In this document: piece after piece, positions 12,075 through 25,110 of the stretch
How the letters are laid out: the number at the start of each line of letters is the position of its first letter
Numbering within the stretch: the stretch's first letter is position 1
Assembly (NCBI GenBank): GCA_028023455.1
Contig: JAQFVV010000009.1
Location: 17,174,001-17,238,000 of the forward strand
Length of the DNA stretch: 64,000 nucleotides
Source: Epiperipatus broadwayi
Lineage: Eukaryota; Animalia; Onychophora
Reading direction: 5' to 3'
Notes under the pieces: generated by a model
Database searches by the model: none
Told to the model about the DNA's origin: nothing
The model's input: the letters and a program-made list of their open reading frames with translations, nothing else
Position numbers and translations under genes: made by a program

Positions 12075-14200
12075 CTAAAAAAAAAAATGGAATGAAAAAT
12101 AAATTCAATAAACTGATCTGTGAAGTAAAAACAGATGTAATTAACATTTAATGAAATCAAAGATCTACTACATTTGTTTTCAGTTCCCATTTATTTATAT
12201 ACAGGCTAAGCTAATTTTGATAACATTAAAATATTAGAAAACACAATTGGCATATTATGAGAAACTCTGAAATTCCTAAAAAGATCAGACAGTTAAATCA
12301 AAATAAAGAAATGTAATGTATTAATGCATAGGAGGGACTCCTTATTTAGTTTCTTATAGTGATTTTACTGATTTAATTAACATTAGTAATTGTTAAATAA
12401 TTAAGATAAGAGATAATTGTAAAATTTGAAGAATAAAAATAAATGGATTTGGAAAATAGTCTGATGGACCTACTTATGGTGATAATAAATTACTCAATAA
12501 TAATAGATTAATGGTATTATGAAGTGAGCAAGACTTCATAAAAAATCTACACCTAGATTGAATATAACAAAGAAAAATTAAATAAATAATACTAATTAAA
12601 CATTTCTGTTATCTGTTTTTTATAAAGAAGAGAGGAAGAAATTATGGAACACTTTATATTCAGATGTTTATCTTATAGTCCTATTGTAATTTAATATCTA
12701 CTGTAACCCATTCCCAAAACTATTTCTTAAAACTCTGGTTTCTGAGATAAATTTAATAAAATAAAAATCTGAAGCCAGGCTTTGGCACCACTGGTGTACA
12801 CAGTAAAGATATGAGTCACAAATAGTGTTTTTCCCCCACAGATCTCTTACCTTTGTAAAAAAAATTTCATTTTGGAAATATGTAATCAATTTGCATTAAC
12901 ATTAGGGTTTTGTTTTTACAAATTTAACTGATGCTAACATTTTACAAAAATATAACAAATGTTAATACTGTATTTCATTTATTTAATTATGTAAACAATT
13001 TGCGAATTATTAATGTAATTATTATTATATTACATGTGATACTATTTTTTTTTTCAAAAAAACAGATGAAATATTATTAATCTGAATGTCTATTATTCAA
13101 AAACTTCCATTATTCTAATAAAATTTTAAAAGTAATTCTTAATCTTTTACAACAAATAAATTATTTTTTTGGACACATTTACAAAGAAAATTAAAAAAAA
13201 AAAAAAACATTCATCAAATATCCATATATTAATAAGCATAAAAGCAGTGTATTAATTATTTTTTTCATTTTTCTGTCCTACAAGAGTTTAAACTTATAAT
13301 AAAAAGGTAAAAAAAATATATTCTCGAAATCTGAAAAATTGATAAACCTAAAGAAGTCCTGAAACAACAAATTTTAAATTAATGGGGTTTTACTTATATA
13401 AATTATACTAAATGATTATTTTATTTTGATTAATCATTTTTATTTTAAATAAATAAATAAAAAAATCACTTAAAACAATATCTACAAGTATATGTACATT
13501 ACTATATGCATAGAGAACAGTTTTTTTTATATATATTAGAAAGGTAGAAGTTTAACATGTCCTTTATTTGGATTTGAAATTTGAGTGAAATTGTAAATTT
13601 TTCAAATAACTAAGGTTTCCTAAAGAATTAAATTTTTTTTAGGAAGCCTAGTCTTTAGTTGAAAGGCAAAGGTAACCATCATACTCAAAGTTAGCCTGAT
13701 GAGTGTTGATGCATTAATAATTATGATATGATAGTCTTTTTCTGTTAATAAAAAAGATATATATTATAAGCAATGGTTTTATGGTTTATTTTATAAATTA
13801 TATAAAAATGATTCATATACCTGCAATTTAAAATAATTGTTGAGAAAAATTCAATAAAAAAAATAAGATGAAAATTACAATTCAAATTATATATAAAATC
13901 TCATTTATAAATGTGTTAGTTATTATTATAATAATAATCATTTTTTATTAAGATTATGATGAGAACTGTAATAAAAGATTACTTTTGATGCTAATTAAAA
14001 AAAAATCAAATTTACTAAATTTCACATTAATTTGCTGTAATTTTTCATTTAAGGGTGTCTCTTTACACATATATACTCAAGAAAAAAAAATCATAAAAAT
14101 AATTTAATTTATATAAAAAATAAAGGCCTGGTAAAATAGATTAAATTTTATTTTTATTATTGCCTAATGGGGGGACAATTTTATATTAAAAAAAAAATAC

Positions 14201-14316
14201 CTAATTAAATGTTTTTTTTGTAACTGAGGTAGACTGGACATTTCCCATGGTTTTTTATGAATATCACTAATAGCTTCCAAAAGCTTTTTTCGAACTCCAA
14301 ATTGTGTGATACCAAT
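14201..14316 (-). CDS. ASZ1: ASZ1/GASZ-like gene, SAM domain exon 2
   Basis: ttcaacag|ATT...ATT AG|gtattt, 116 nt, phase 0/2. Encodes IGITQFGVRKKLLEAISDIHKKPWEMSSLPQLQKKHLI (SAM C-terminal helix). Confidence 0.88.
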
Positions 14317-15293
14317 CTGTTGAATTAAAAAAGATAAAAAAAAAAAATTAAAATAATAATAAAGAATAGGAAAACATATAATAAAGATGAGCAAATGTTT
14401 ATCTATTTATTAGAGCCAATGGTGCACATATGTAGATATATACACACACAGACACATGATCATAAAATAGAATAGCTTGAAATCTATCTTTCTCAAAATT
14501 ATTATTTAAAACAATATATATACAGAATGATCATAATTAAAAATCATCTATTTAAAATTAGCAAAAAAAAACATTGATTAAATATTTTCCAAATTTGATA
14601 TATTTATTTATATATTGTAATGATATGAAGAAGTAAGAGGCAATAATACAAATAAATGAATAAAAATATAAACAAACAAGCAAAGAATCGGAAACAAATA
14701 ATAAAGTCAGACATAGCTATCATCAATGACTGATCATCAACAATCATGCAGAGTATCAGCATCAAGTTAATCAATAGTCATGAGGTATAATATTAGAAAA
14801 AAGTAATCATCAATATTCCTGCCTGCATGTACTTAATTGCTAAAATGACTATGAAAGTAATTTTATATAAAAAAATATTGGTATTAGTGTATTATTGCTG
14901 ACTATGATTGATGCTTAGGGCCATCAGTTACCAAGAGTGCCCTGGCCTTCAATGAATTAGTAATTATCATAAAATATATAAGTGGACTTTAAAGATTACC
15001 ATAGCACTATCTAAATAAAACTAAAAAGAATTATACAAGTGTTCCACATATAATGCATATATTGTTAGTCCATAACTAATTTTGGAATTGCAAGAATCTT
15101 AGTGACCATGAACAGAAAATATACCAATAATTAAATCTATTTTAATATTAAATAATTTCACTGAAACAATTTAAAATAATAATTCATTAATTTATTATTA
15201 ATAATAATAAATAAATATATTAATTTATAATAATAAATCTGATAAAAATTCTACAAGTAAATCATTTTGACTTTGTCTATTTATAAATAGCTA

Positions 15294-17210
15294 AAAATAT
15301 TTGGTTGTTTTCTATTCCCTAGTATCAGCCGCATGACGATGCTATTTCCTAGAAATATACCGTTTCAGTGGCCTACACCCAATCTAAGAGGCTTGTTTCT
15401 ATGCTAAAACACAGAAAGTGCTCGCGGCAGCCTGCAGTCAACCTAAGAGGCTTCTTTCTACAATAAAACATAGAAAGAGTCCCTGCCGGTCTGGCTTTTT
15501 TCTATGCTAAAAGCACAGACAAATGCCTTTATTGGCTGCCGTAGTTAGTTATGTTATTAACTTTACCGTAATGCTAGCATGTCTATTTTCTCTATAATTT
15601 GGTGTGAGAGTATGTGGATTTTAGCCTGTCGTAATTATTTAAAATTTCATTACAAAGGTATTTTTTTTCAAATGCTCTAACCTACTGTTACGTTTTAACT
15701 TTATTAACAATGTCCTGAAAGTTCCATTACGAATGGGTAACCCTCAAAAATTACTTTTAAGGGTGCATAATGGCAGTATTTGGAGGATCACATGAAAAGT
15801 AACGTTTTCACGAGAATTCGTCCATGACAAATTACTTTTGATATATATATGCACAAACAAAAACAACCCAGTGTCTGATTATTAGTAATTACTTGTCCAA
15901 AAAGAAAATTAGTCGGGTATTATTTTTTTTACATTTACTATTTAAAAATAAGATTAGTTTTTATATCTACACATCAACAAAAACAACCCAGTTTCTGATT
16001 AATTACTGTCAAAAAAAAAAAGAAAGCAAATTAGTCAGGATTTGATTTTTAAATGTAGTATTTGAATTATGGTAATTTTTATATATACACAAGATTTACA
16101 AAAAAAAAAAACCCACTTTCTGATTAATTCTGTCCAAAAGAAACACAAATTAGTCGGCTATCATTTTTAAATTTAGTATTTAAATAACGGTACCTTTTTA
16201 TATAGACACATTAACAAAAAGAACCCACTTTCTGATTTATTACTGTCCAAAAAAAAAAAAGCAAATTAGTCAAGTATCATTTTTCAATTGAGTCTTTCAA
16301 TGACGGTCCTTTTTAGATATACACACTAACAAAAAGAACCCACTTTCTGATTAATTACTGTCACAAAAAAAAAAAAGCAAATTAGGTGGTGGGTATCATT
16401 TTAAAATTGTAGTGTGGATTTTTTAAATGTTGTGGGTAAACTGAATAATGTAGAATTGCATATTATTTTCGATTGAAAAAAAGATCGTAACTTTTTATAT
16501 ATATATACACAAAGAAAATAAAACCCACTTTCTGATTAATTACTATCAATACCCAAAAAAAAGTTATTCGCAGGTATCATTTTTAAATTTAGTATTTCAA
16601 TAATATTACGGCTTTTGATAAAATCTACACATAATAAAAACAATCCATTCTGATTCATTACTGTCCAAAAAAAATGCAACATAGTCGGGTATCATTTTGA
16701 AATATAGTATTTAAAGAACAGTACTTTTTATATATACATACTAACAAAAAGAACCCACTTTCTGATCAATTACTGTCCAAAAACAAAAAAAAAAAAAACC
16801 AATTAGTTGGGTATCATTTGCAAATTTAGCGTGAATGTAGCAATTTTGTGTAAATTGAAAAAAAAAAGTATAATTGCGTCTTATTTTCGATTAAAAAAAT
16901 CCAGTAACTTTTGACAGATACACACAAACAAAAACAACATATTTTATGATTAATTACTGTCCAAAAAACGTCAATTATTCGGGTATCATTTTTAAATTTA
17001 ATGTGAATTTCTAAATTTTTTTTTTTTTAAATAGTAATATTATTTACTATTAGTTCCTCTAATTTCCTGTTACAAAAACTAAAAAAAAGCCAATATTTAT
17101 ATAGATAGAATCACAGGCCCGGACCGGAATCGTAATATGTATGTGTTTTTGATTAGCATCAACGCCATCATACGGCTGGCATGAGAGAATAGAAAACAAC
17201 CAAATATTTT
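15294..17210. mobile_element. Non-autonomous TIR element (~1.9 kb) with an internal minisatellite
   Basis: Left AAAATATTTGGTTGTTTTCTATTCCCTAGTATCAGCCGCATGACG matches the reverse complement of 17165-17210 (AAAATATTTGGTTGTTTTCTATTCTCTCATGCCAGCCGTATGATG). No ORF. TSD not identified. Confidence 0.7.
15870..17000 (+). repeat. Minisatellite, ~9 copies of a ~100-120 bp unit
   Basis: AAAAA(C/G)AACCCACTTTCTGATTAATTACTGTCCAAAA...ATTAGTCGGGTATCATTTT recurs near 15880, 15980, 16100, 16215, 16330, 16520, 16640, 16745 and 16930. Confidence 0.92.
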
Positions 17211-19379
17211 GATAGATTGACAAACATAATAATAAGATGCAAAATATTCCAATTATAAACAATGAATGGATTTAGATATATGTGTATGCTTATTGTTAAT
17301 ATAAATTCATTAAATCTATATGCCAATATTATAATATTTTAATCATATATAAATAAATTTGAACATTTCATACATAAATACTAAATGAACTCCTATGTAT
17401 CACATACACATATGCAAATTATTTCTATCATTAAATCTTCATTTTCTTTAACTTTTAACAGAATTATTTTCATAATCGAATAATACAAAATATAAATACT
17501 GAATTATTTCATTATTGGCATTTTAAAAACAGAAGAATAAGTTCTATCTTATCATTAACAAAGCAAATTATAGAGTTCCAGTAAACATCCTTTTCAAACT
17601 GATTGCCCATATTGCAAAAATTATTTTAAAAAGATTAAAATTTAAAAGCATAATTTGATAGATTTACCAGATAAGAAAAATTATAGAGTTACAGATATTT
17701 GTTAAATAATTTTCTTTTTCATTGAAAATAACTTCATGTCATATATATTTAAATTAAATAAAAAAACTAGTTTATGTTAGTAAAAAATCTTTATATATAT
17801 ATAAGCTATTGCCATACATTTATATTTATCTCTTCACAAATGTTTACATTGTTCTTGATACCTCCCCCCCCCCTTTTTTTTTTTGGCAAATTGATGATTG
17901 TAATAATTTGATTATGATGAAATCAAAATCCATAGACTAATTCTATATTATATATTGTATAGGTAGATATCACTACAACTACACAAATAAAATATTATTT
18001 AAACTTGTTTTTTAAAAAAATCTTAATACAATATAACAATTGAATGTTTTACTTAAACTTTTTAATTTAATAAATAAAAGTTATCATCATGGTTGTGACA
18101 TATTATTAAAATGCATCTTTTTTGAATATTCAGCATGTGTTACTGTTTTTTTGAAACATTTTTATAGTTATATTCTATCAAACTTTATAATTCTATTAAA
18201 ACAATTTAAATGACAAAAGAAATGAATGCATTGTAATTAACCAATCTGTAATTAGTAAAAGTGTAATTTATTATGAGTAAAAGAATATTTTTATCTCTCT
18301 TCTCTTTTTATAGTACTTCAAATTAAATTACTGCTTCATCCAAAATAAAATTGCTCACAGTATAATTTTATAAAATTATTACTTACAATACAAAATAATA
18401 TTTATAAAGAGATTTTTTTATAGTCTTATAATTGAATAAAGATTTCTTAAATCGTTATCATTGTTTTATTTTAAATATATTTGTATTTGCATCTATCTAT
18501 TTTTTTTTTAAATGTGAAAGTTTTTTTTTTTATTTAGTGCTCCAATATTATGTACATATATAAATCTATTAGTATTGTAAATGTATAAGTAATTGAAATT
18601 ATAGTAAATCTTCATGTGCCATTTATAGCATTTTCTAAATTTAATGTTACCTATTGATGGAAAAAAATCAGCTAATCTTTGCATGATAAATTTAAATTCA
18701 ACTCTTATCAGGTATCCTAGAAACAACTAATAATCCATCAATATAGCTATGTTATGCCATCACCCTGCTCAATTTTACATTAAACCTTGAAATTTCAAAT
18801 TAATGACATATTTATTGCACCTTATTTATAATGGATTATTATTAATCTACAAGACAATTGTGCAACTCATTTTTTCACAAAAAATCTTGACCACAAATAA
18901 TGTCTAAATAGTTAAATAAATAATTTATCAGCTCTGCAAATATACAATTAACTGAAATGATATTAAATCTTCACATGATTCTGAATTTCTTAACATTATC
19001 TACTGAGGGCAAAAATGTACCAATTTCTGAATATGTTTCAGGTTGTGTTGTTATCAGATGTCCTAAAAATGACTAGTAATCCATAAACACAGTAATGTTA
19101 TTATTATTTAAATATCATCAAAGCTCAATTTGGTGTTAAAGCTTGAACATTCAAATTAGCAGTATATTTAATAATACAACTTTATTTTTAATAGCTTAAT
19201 CTTATTTAAGTTATCTAGATTTTGTAGGAAAGATGGTTGATTTTGAAATAATGTTAGATGTCAAAAAATGTTATTAGAATTATTAAATGAATCAAAAAAT
19301 ATGATAAAAGAATAAAGTAATGTTCAATGTTTTTTTTTTTTTTATGGAAAAAGAAAATAAAACTTGACAATCATGAATT

Positions 19380-19740
19380 AAAAGGTGTTAATTGCAAATA
19401 CCTTGATCAGACTATTAATACAAATAGAAACATATATAATATTAAAAGGAAATATATCTGAATGTTTGAAAAGAAAGATTTTTAATAAATGTGTATTGTC
19501 AGTTATTATAAATGGATTTAAGACTAGGATGCTTAATAGAAGAGCAATTAGAGACTTCAGACCACACAAAGAAATATGAAGAGAAGAATAGTGAGAGAGT
19601 AACAAAAGGAAGTCAAAACTCAAATATTTGGATGAGAAAACAATAGGTATTGCTGATATTACTAAAAGAATTTTTTTAATTAAAATAGAGCTGAGTTGGT
19701 TATAATGCCAGAAGACAACAGTAGATTCCAAGAAATTCGT
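19380..19740 (+). mobile_element. RTE-clade LINE 3' fragment
   Basis: ISECLKRKIFNKCVLSVIING...RRAIR...IADITKRI resembles the RTE post-RT motif (CLK.KVFNQCVLPVMTYG...QRAMER...DI). Confidence 0.7.
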
Positions 19741-20094
19741 TACATTAGATCCAAAGCTTCATTAACATACATACATATAAAAATGTTATATCATTTTTGT
19801 AATTTTGCAGCAAATGAAAGAAAGATGGGAATCTGATAAAGAAATTATTGATAAATAATATATAATTAAATATTTTAATAAAATATTTTTTTACAAAAAA
19901 ATTAATATATTTTCCTAATGGTCAGTAAAGTCAAACTAATATTTAAACTGGCATCTGCTGAAAAAACATACACAACCAAATACATATATATTTATAAATA
20001 ATAAAAATATAAGCAAGTTAAAAAAATACCATGACAAATTCTAATAAAAATTGTAAAATGCAAATAAATCTACATATAGATTATTACTAATCAC

Positions 20095-20233
20095 CTTTTC
20101 TAGATCTGGTTCAGTCATCTCTAAAAAATCAGCAAAAGTGATACAATGCTCTTTAATAATTGGAAGAACAGATTCTAAATCCAGACCATAAATAAATATT
20201 TCTAGATCACCATATGAGGTTGAATCTATAGAA
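20095..20233 (-). CDS. ASZ1: ASZ1/GASZ-like gene, SAM domain exon 1
   Basis: tttttag|T TCT...AAG|gtgatt, 139 nt, phase 2/0. Encodes SIDSTSYGDLEIFIYGLDLESVLPIIKEHCITFADFLEMTEPDLEK. The YGDLE.F..GL.L start resembles the ASZ1 SAM domain. Confidence 0.88.
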
Positions 20234-21650
20234 CTAAAAACAATAAATAATAAAGACTTTTTTAATATCTCAAAATGTATCAATGATGAACCTTTTGATA
20301 ACACTAGTAGTCAGCTATTAGTGACACAAAAAAATTTTAAATTAATGAATTTCAATTTATGACACATATTACATTTTAAAATTTTAATATGCTAATTAGA
20401 ATATTTCAATTTTCACTGCATATTTTTTTATTATTATTTTTAGATCATAATCTTCTAGTAATTTTTTTAAGAAAAGGCACACTGATCTAAAATTATAAAA
20501 AATAGTATTAATAACTCACAATAGATCATATCTGTTATTCTAAGTAACATATTTAACTTTAAAAATTATTACATTATTGAAATTTTATCAATATATATAA
20601 ATAACTAAAACAAATTTATTGTATATTAATTTGCATAGATAAAAGCAAGTGACTTGGTGATTATTAGTAAAATGGATAACCAAACTAATGAAAACATGTA
20701 TAACAGTTTACAAAAAAAAATTTTAAAAACTTATTTATTTAGTCAGTTGCTCAAGTGCTCATAATTGGGTACAAAAATGATAGGCTGAATGTAGGAATAC
20801 ATTTGAGTGATCAATGAAATTTTTTGCTCTATTTTTGTTTATCTCAGTTGAAACCAATCCAAGGATTACTAACTTAACTGTCCATAATATTAAGATTTAA
20901 TAAAATTTGCAACAAAAAAATTATTTATTAAAATAATATACTATAAATCAAAATGGTTATAAATTACAGCAATAATTTGATGTATATAAAAGTTACAAAA
21001 CATAAGTATCTTATATTGTTAAAATAAAATTAGTTATTAATAAGTCTCAAACATATCAAGTGGATCCAAAATCCTTTAAGAATATTTATTATGGATTAAA
21101 AAGCATCTTGTCTTTTCTTCCATCAGGCAAACAGTAGTTTATCCAAAGTTTTATAGATTGTATCAATGACAAATTCAAGGATAAGATGACAAATACTCCT
21201 AAATTTTAAAATAAAATACATATCTTTTTATTTACATTTTTAACAAATTTTAATTAAAGAACAAATAAATTTGTTATTGTGTTATTGCTCTATATTTAAG
21301 TCATAATTAACATTGAACTACTTAATTTATTTACTTCTTAAATTAATAAAAGTTTAAACGATCTAGATTGGAAAAAAGATAATTATAAAGCTGAATTTTT
21401 GACTTTACTAAATACATTTCAATTTACGAATGTGTGCAGTTTTTTTCTAAAAACAAGTAATAAGGTACTACAACCAGCAATAATATTTGAATATCAACAG
21501 TATTTTTCCCTTTTTTGCCACTTAATTCTTTTTGTAATTGTTTTTAAAATAAGTGATGCCTATTACCCAGACTTAAGATTTAACCAATAATATTTGTTAA
21601 TATATCTATATTCTCATAAAATTAAACTTTTTATCTATGCATTTAATTAC

Positions 21651-21727
21651 CTTTTCTCTGGTAGTGACTTGGTAGTTGATTCTAAGATAGCACTCCGGGA
21701 TCCAGCATTTTTTAACAAATTAACAAT
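21651..21727 (-). CDS. ASZ1: ASZ1/GASZ-like gene, ankyrin end/linker exon
   Basis: aaatag|ATT...AAA AG|gtaatt, 77 nt, phase 0/2. Encodes IVNLLKNAGSRSAILESTTKSLPEK. Completes the last ankyrin helix and bridges the phases of the flanking exons exactly. Confidence 0.75.
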
Positions 21728-23846
21728 CTATTTAATAATTACATATATACATATAATATTAAATATAGATCGATAATTTATATTTCTACTACTATTAAAA
21801 TCTTCAAGAAAAAAGATTTTAATAAGAAAAATTACAAAAATTATTAAAAATAATCATAATTTTAAAAAAATCTAAAGAAATTAAATAAATTAATGTCTTA
21901 TATGAATTGAGATAGTTTTTTTGGTTGTTATAATTTTATATTTTAAAAATTTCTTTATTCACATATATAATGGATATTTAAAGAAATGTAAAAATTAGAT
22001 TAAAAGATAACAAGAGAAATAGTGAAGATATTGGGGAAAAATCCTATATAGATACAGTACTTAACAAAAAAAAAAAAAAGATTTATTTTATGAATAGATA
22101 ATTATATCAACCAAAAAAAAAAAAAAGACTAGGGAAAGATCAATCTTTAGAAAAATTTATATTAAAAATTGAAAATAACTTAATATTAAATGTTTTAAGA
22201 ATCTTTATAATATTCTAATTTTAGACATTTATTATTTACATTAACGAGAATAAATTTTGATAAAGCAGATTCAAGTAAAGATTAATTCAGTTTCTCATTT
22301 TTATATAAAAAATACTAAGTCATTTTGACATTGAATATCTACGATATATAAAACTGTTCAAAACAGTCTCTAATAAAAATTGTTAAACAAATAAATCTAT
22401 TTTCAACATTATCATATTTAAAATACATAAATATCTTGATGTATATGAAAATATGTAAACATTTTCTATAATGTAAATAGATTTTTAAAAATGGCATATG
22501 CTTTACGGAAAAAATAATTATTAATAATTACATTTGAAAAATTAAAATAAAACAGGCAAAATGAGTGGAGGGTAATATATCTAGAAATGATTGCATAAAA
22601 TTCTATGTGAGTGCTGTAAATACCATTTGAGCTCCAGGTGAATTTTAAAAAAAAATCAATATTTGAAAAGACAGATTAATTAAAATAAACTCTAATTATC
22701 ATCATCCAGATCAATTTTGTTCCATGTTTAAACAAAATATCGATAATGAAAATTCTTTAGAATCTTCCAAGAGTTTTAATAATATATCATTGTTATAATG
22801 ATGTAATTCAGACACATTCTTATTAACTATCAGCTTTCCTTATTACTAAAATCCAACACATAAAATCATCTTATATATAAGCAAAATAAAACAATCTTAA
22901 ATGGTTGCATGCTTCCCATTAATAAAATATAACTACTTCTATATAATTAGCATTTATGATTTATCACTTATTATTTAAGCATTATTCTTTATAGCCACTA
23001 AATACACTTTTTTTATCTCTTTATAAATAGGAATATATAATTATATATAATAATATTATCCAATAGAATGATGGACTAGCATATTTTATACACAGATGTA
23101 TTTTGATTAAGATTAGTTTATATAGTCATCACAAAACTTTTCTCTGGTATATTATTATTACTTTCTTTTACTTTTTTTTTTTTTTTGCGTGTAGTTGAAA
23201 TAATTATATTCATTTGCAGATTGCTACTATTGGTATATTAACATTAATTCCTGACAATTATCTGTTGGATATTCAAGCTCATCAAAAGTACATTTATTAA
23301 TATAATAATGGAATCCAATTTATCTCATTGCCATTTTTATTGTTTTACTTTCATCGCTATTTTTTAGCATTACACACTATAATGAAATACTATCAAAATA
23401 ACATAATATTAATTTGACTTAACTTTCAGAAAAAAAAAATCATGTCTTGCTTGATCAAGTATTCACAAGTTCATTTTCTTAGTAATTATGAACTTAAAAT
23501 TCTTACTAATACTATAGTTCAAAACATTCAATCCTTCTTTGGTCTCAAATTTTTACATAGAAAACTATCACAAATATTATAGCTTGAACAATTCTTTCAT
23601 TTTTAAAAAATATATCTACATCTTATAATCTTTGCTAGGCCTTTCATTGCAGTTCTGCCTTATGTTAGTCTGTAATGAATTTCTTAATTAAAAGTCATTT
23701 CATCACATGATCACTATCTCATACTAGCACAATAATTGTTATTAAGCAATCCAAAACAAAGCAAAACTCTCCATATAGTAGTGCCATCTTGTGCTAACAA
23801 GAGCAATCAATGGATGCCAGAAGGCTTGTGCATAAAATCCCTATCT

Positions 23847-23925
23847 AGTGCCTACTCATCCAATATCCCCAGACTAGTTTCTGGCTTGTGGCCTTCATCA
23901 GTGAGGAGCCTTGGATCTGAGAGCA
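23847..23925 (-). ncRNA. Minimal type I hammerhead ribozyme, intact core, same sense as ASZ1 pre-mRNA
   Basis: Minus strand: CTCCTCA-CTGATGA(23901-23895)-AGGCCACAAGCCA-GAAA-CTAG-TC(23872)|TGGGGATATTGGATGAG. Confidence 0.8.
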
Positions 23926-24581
23926 CTGCACCTAGATCTTAGGATCTAATGCAACCCTCCAGCACCCACCTTTTAACTCTATTTAACTACAAAACTATGA
24001 GAATGAAATTGAAAACACTATTAATATTTTCAATCCAAGCTCAATAGCTTATATAGTCATATGGGTCTGAACTCAATTCAGTACCCATACATTTTGGTGT
24101 CTTTGGCTCTTTAACAACCATAGCCACCACTATCCTATTAAGCAGGATTGGTGTTAAACCACTAAACATCACATGATCACTATCTCATACTAGCACAATA
24201 ATTGTTATTAAACAATCCAAAACAAAGCCTTCTGGCATCCATTGATTGCTCTTGTTAGCACAAGATGGCACTACTATATGGAGAGTTTTGCTTTGTTTTG
24301 GATTGTTTAATAACAATTATTGTGCTAGTATGAGATAGTGATCATGTGATGTTTAGTGGTTTAACACCAATCCTGCCTAATAGGATAGTGGTGGCTATGG
24401 TTGTTAAAGATCCAAAGACACCAAAATGTATGGGTACTGAATTGAGTTCAGACCCATATGACTATATAAGCTATTGAGCTTGGATTGAAAATATTAATAG
24501 TGTTTTCAATTTCATTCTCATAGTTTTGTAGTTAAAAGGTGGGTGCTGGAGGGTTGCATTAGATCCTAAGATCTAGGTGCA

Positions 24582-24660
24582 GTGCTCTCAGATCCAAGGC
24601 TCCTCACTGATGAAGGCCACAAGCCAGAAACTAGTCTGGGGATATTGGACGAGTAGGCAC
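24582..24660 (+). ncRNA. Minimal type I hammerhead ribozyme, intact core
   Basis: CTGATGA 24607-24613, GAAA 24627-24630, CTAGTC 24631-24636. Helix I partners present. Confidence 0.8.
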
Positions 24661-25030
24661 TACAAGCCTTCTGGCATCCATTGATTGCTCTTGTTAGCAC
24701 AAGATGGCACTACTATATGGAGAGTTTTGCTTTGTTTTGGATTGTTTAATAACAATTATTGTGCTACTATGAAATAGTGATCATGTGATGTTTAGTGGTT
24801 TAACACCAATCCTGCCTAATAGGATAGTGCTGGCTATGGTTGTTAAAGAGCCAAAGACACCAAAATGTATGGGTACTGAATTGAGTTCAGACCCATATGA
24901 CTATATAAGCTATTGAGCTTGGATTGAAAATATTAATAGTGTTTTCAATTTCATTCTCATAGTTTTGTAGTTAAATAGAGTTAAAAGGTGGGTGCTGGAG
25001 GGTTGCATTAGATCCTAAGATGTAGGTGCA

Positions 25031-25110
25031 GTGCTCTCAGATCCAAGACTCCTCACTGATGAAAGCCACAAGCCAGAAACTAGTCTGGTGATATTGGATG
25101 AGTAGGCACT
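25031..25110 (+). ncRNA. Minimal type I hammerhead ribozyme, tandem partner of the 24607 copy
   Basis: CTGATGA 25056-25062, GAAA 25076-25079, CTAGTC 25080-25085. One helix II and one helix I substitution. Confidence 0.7.

Noticed and set aside
12851-12935. Strong donor aaag|gtaaga as a downstream ASZ1 exon
   Set aside because: Both nearby acceptors give an immediate stop in the required phase.
13690-13740. Isolated CTGATGA followed by GTGTTG, and CTGATGG on the minus strand near 14920
   Set aside because: No GAAA at a suitable distance and no helix I; the heptamer is expected by chance.
15870-17000. Repeat array as CRISPR-like
   Set aside because: Inter-repeat segments are homologous to each other rather than unique spacers; no cas genes; eukaryotic context.
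23736-23942. 68 aa ORF and the 75 aa ORF at 25151-25378 in repeat family A
   Set aside because: Not preserved across loci; they overlap the ribozyme or flank and look like chance frames.
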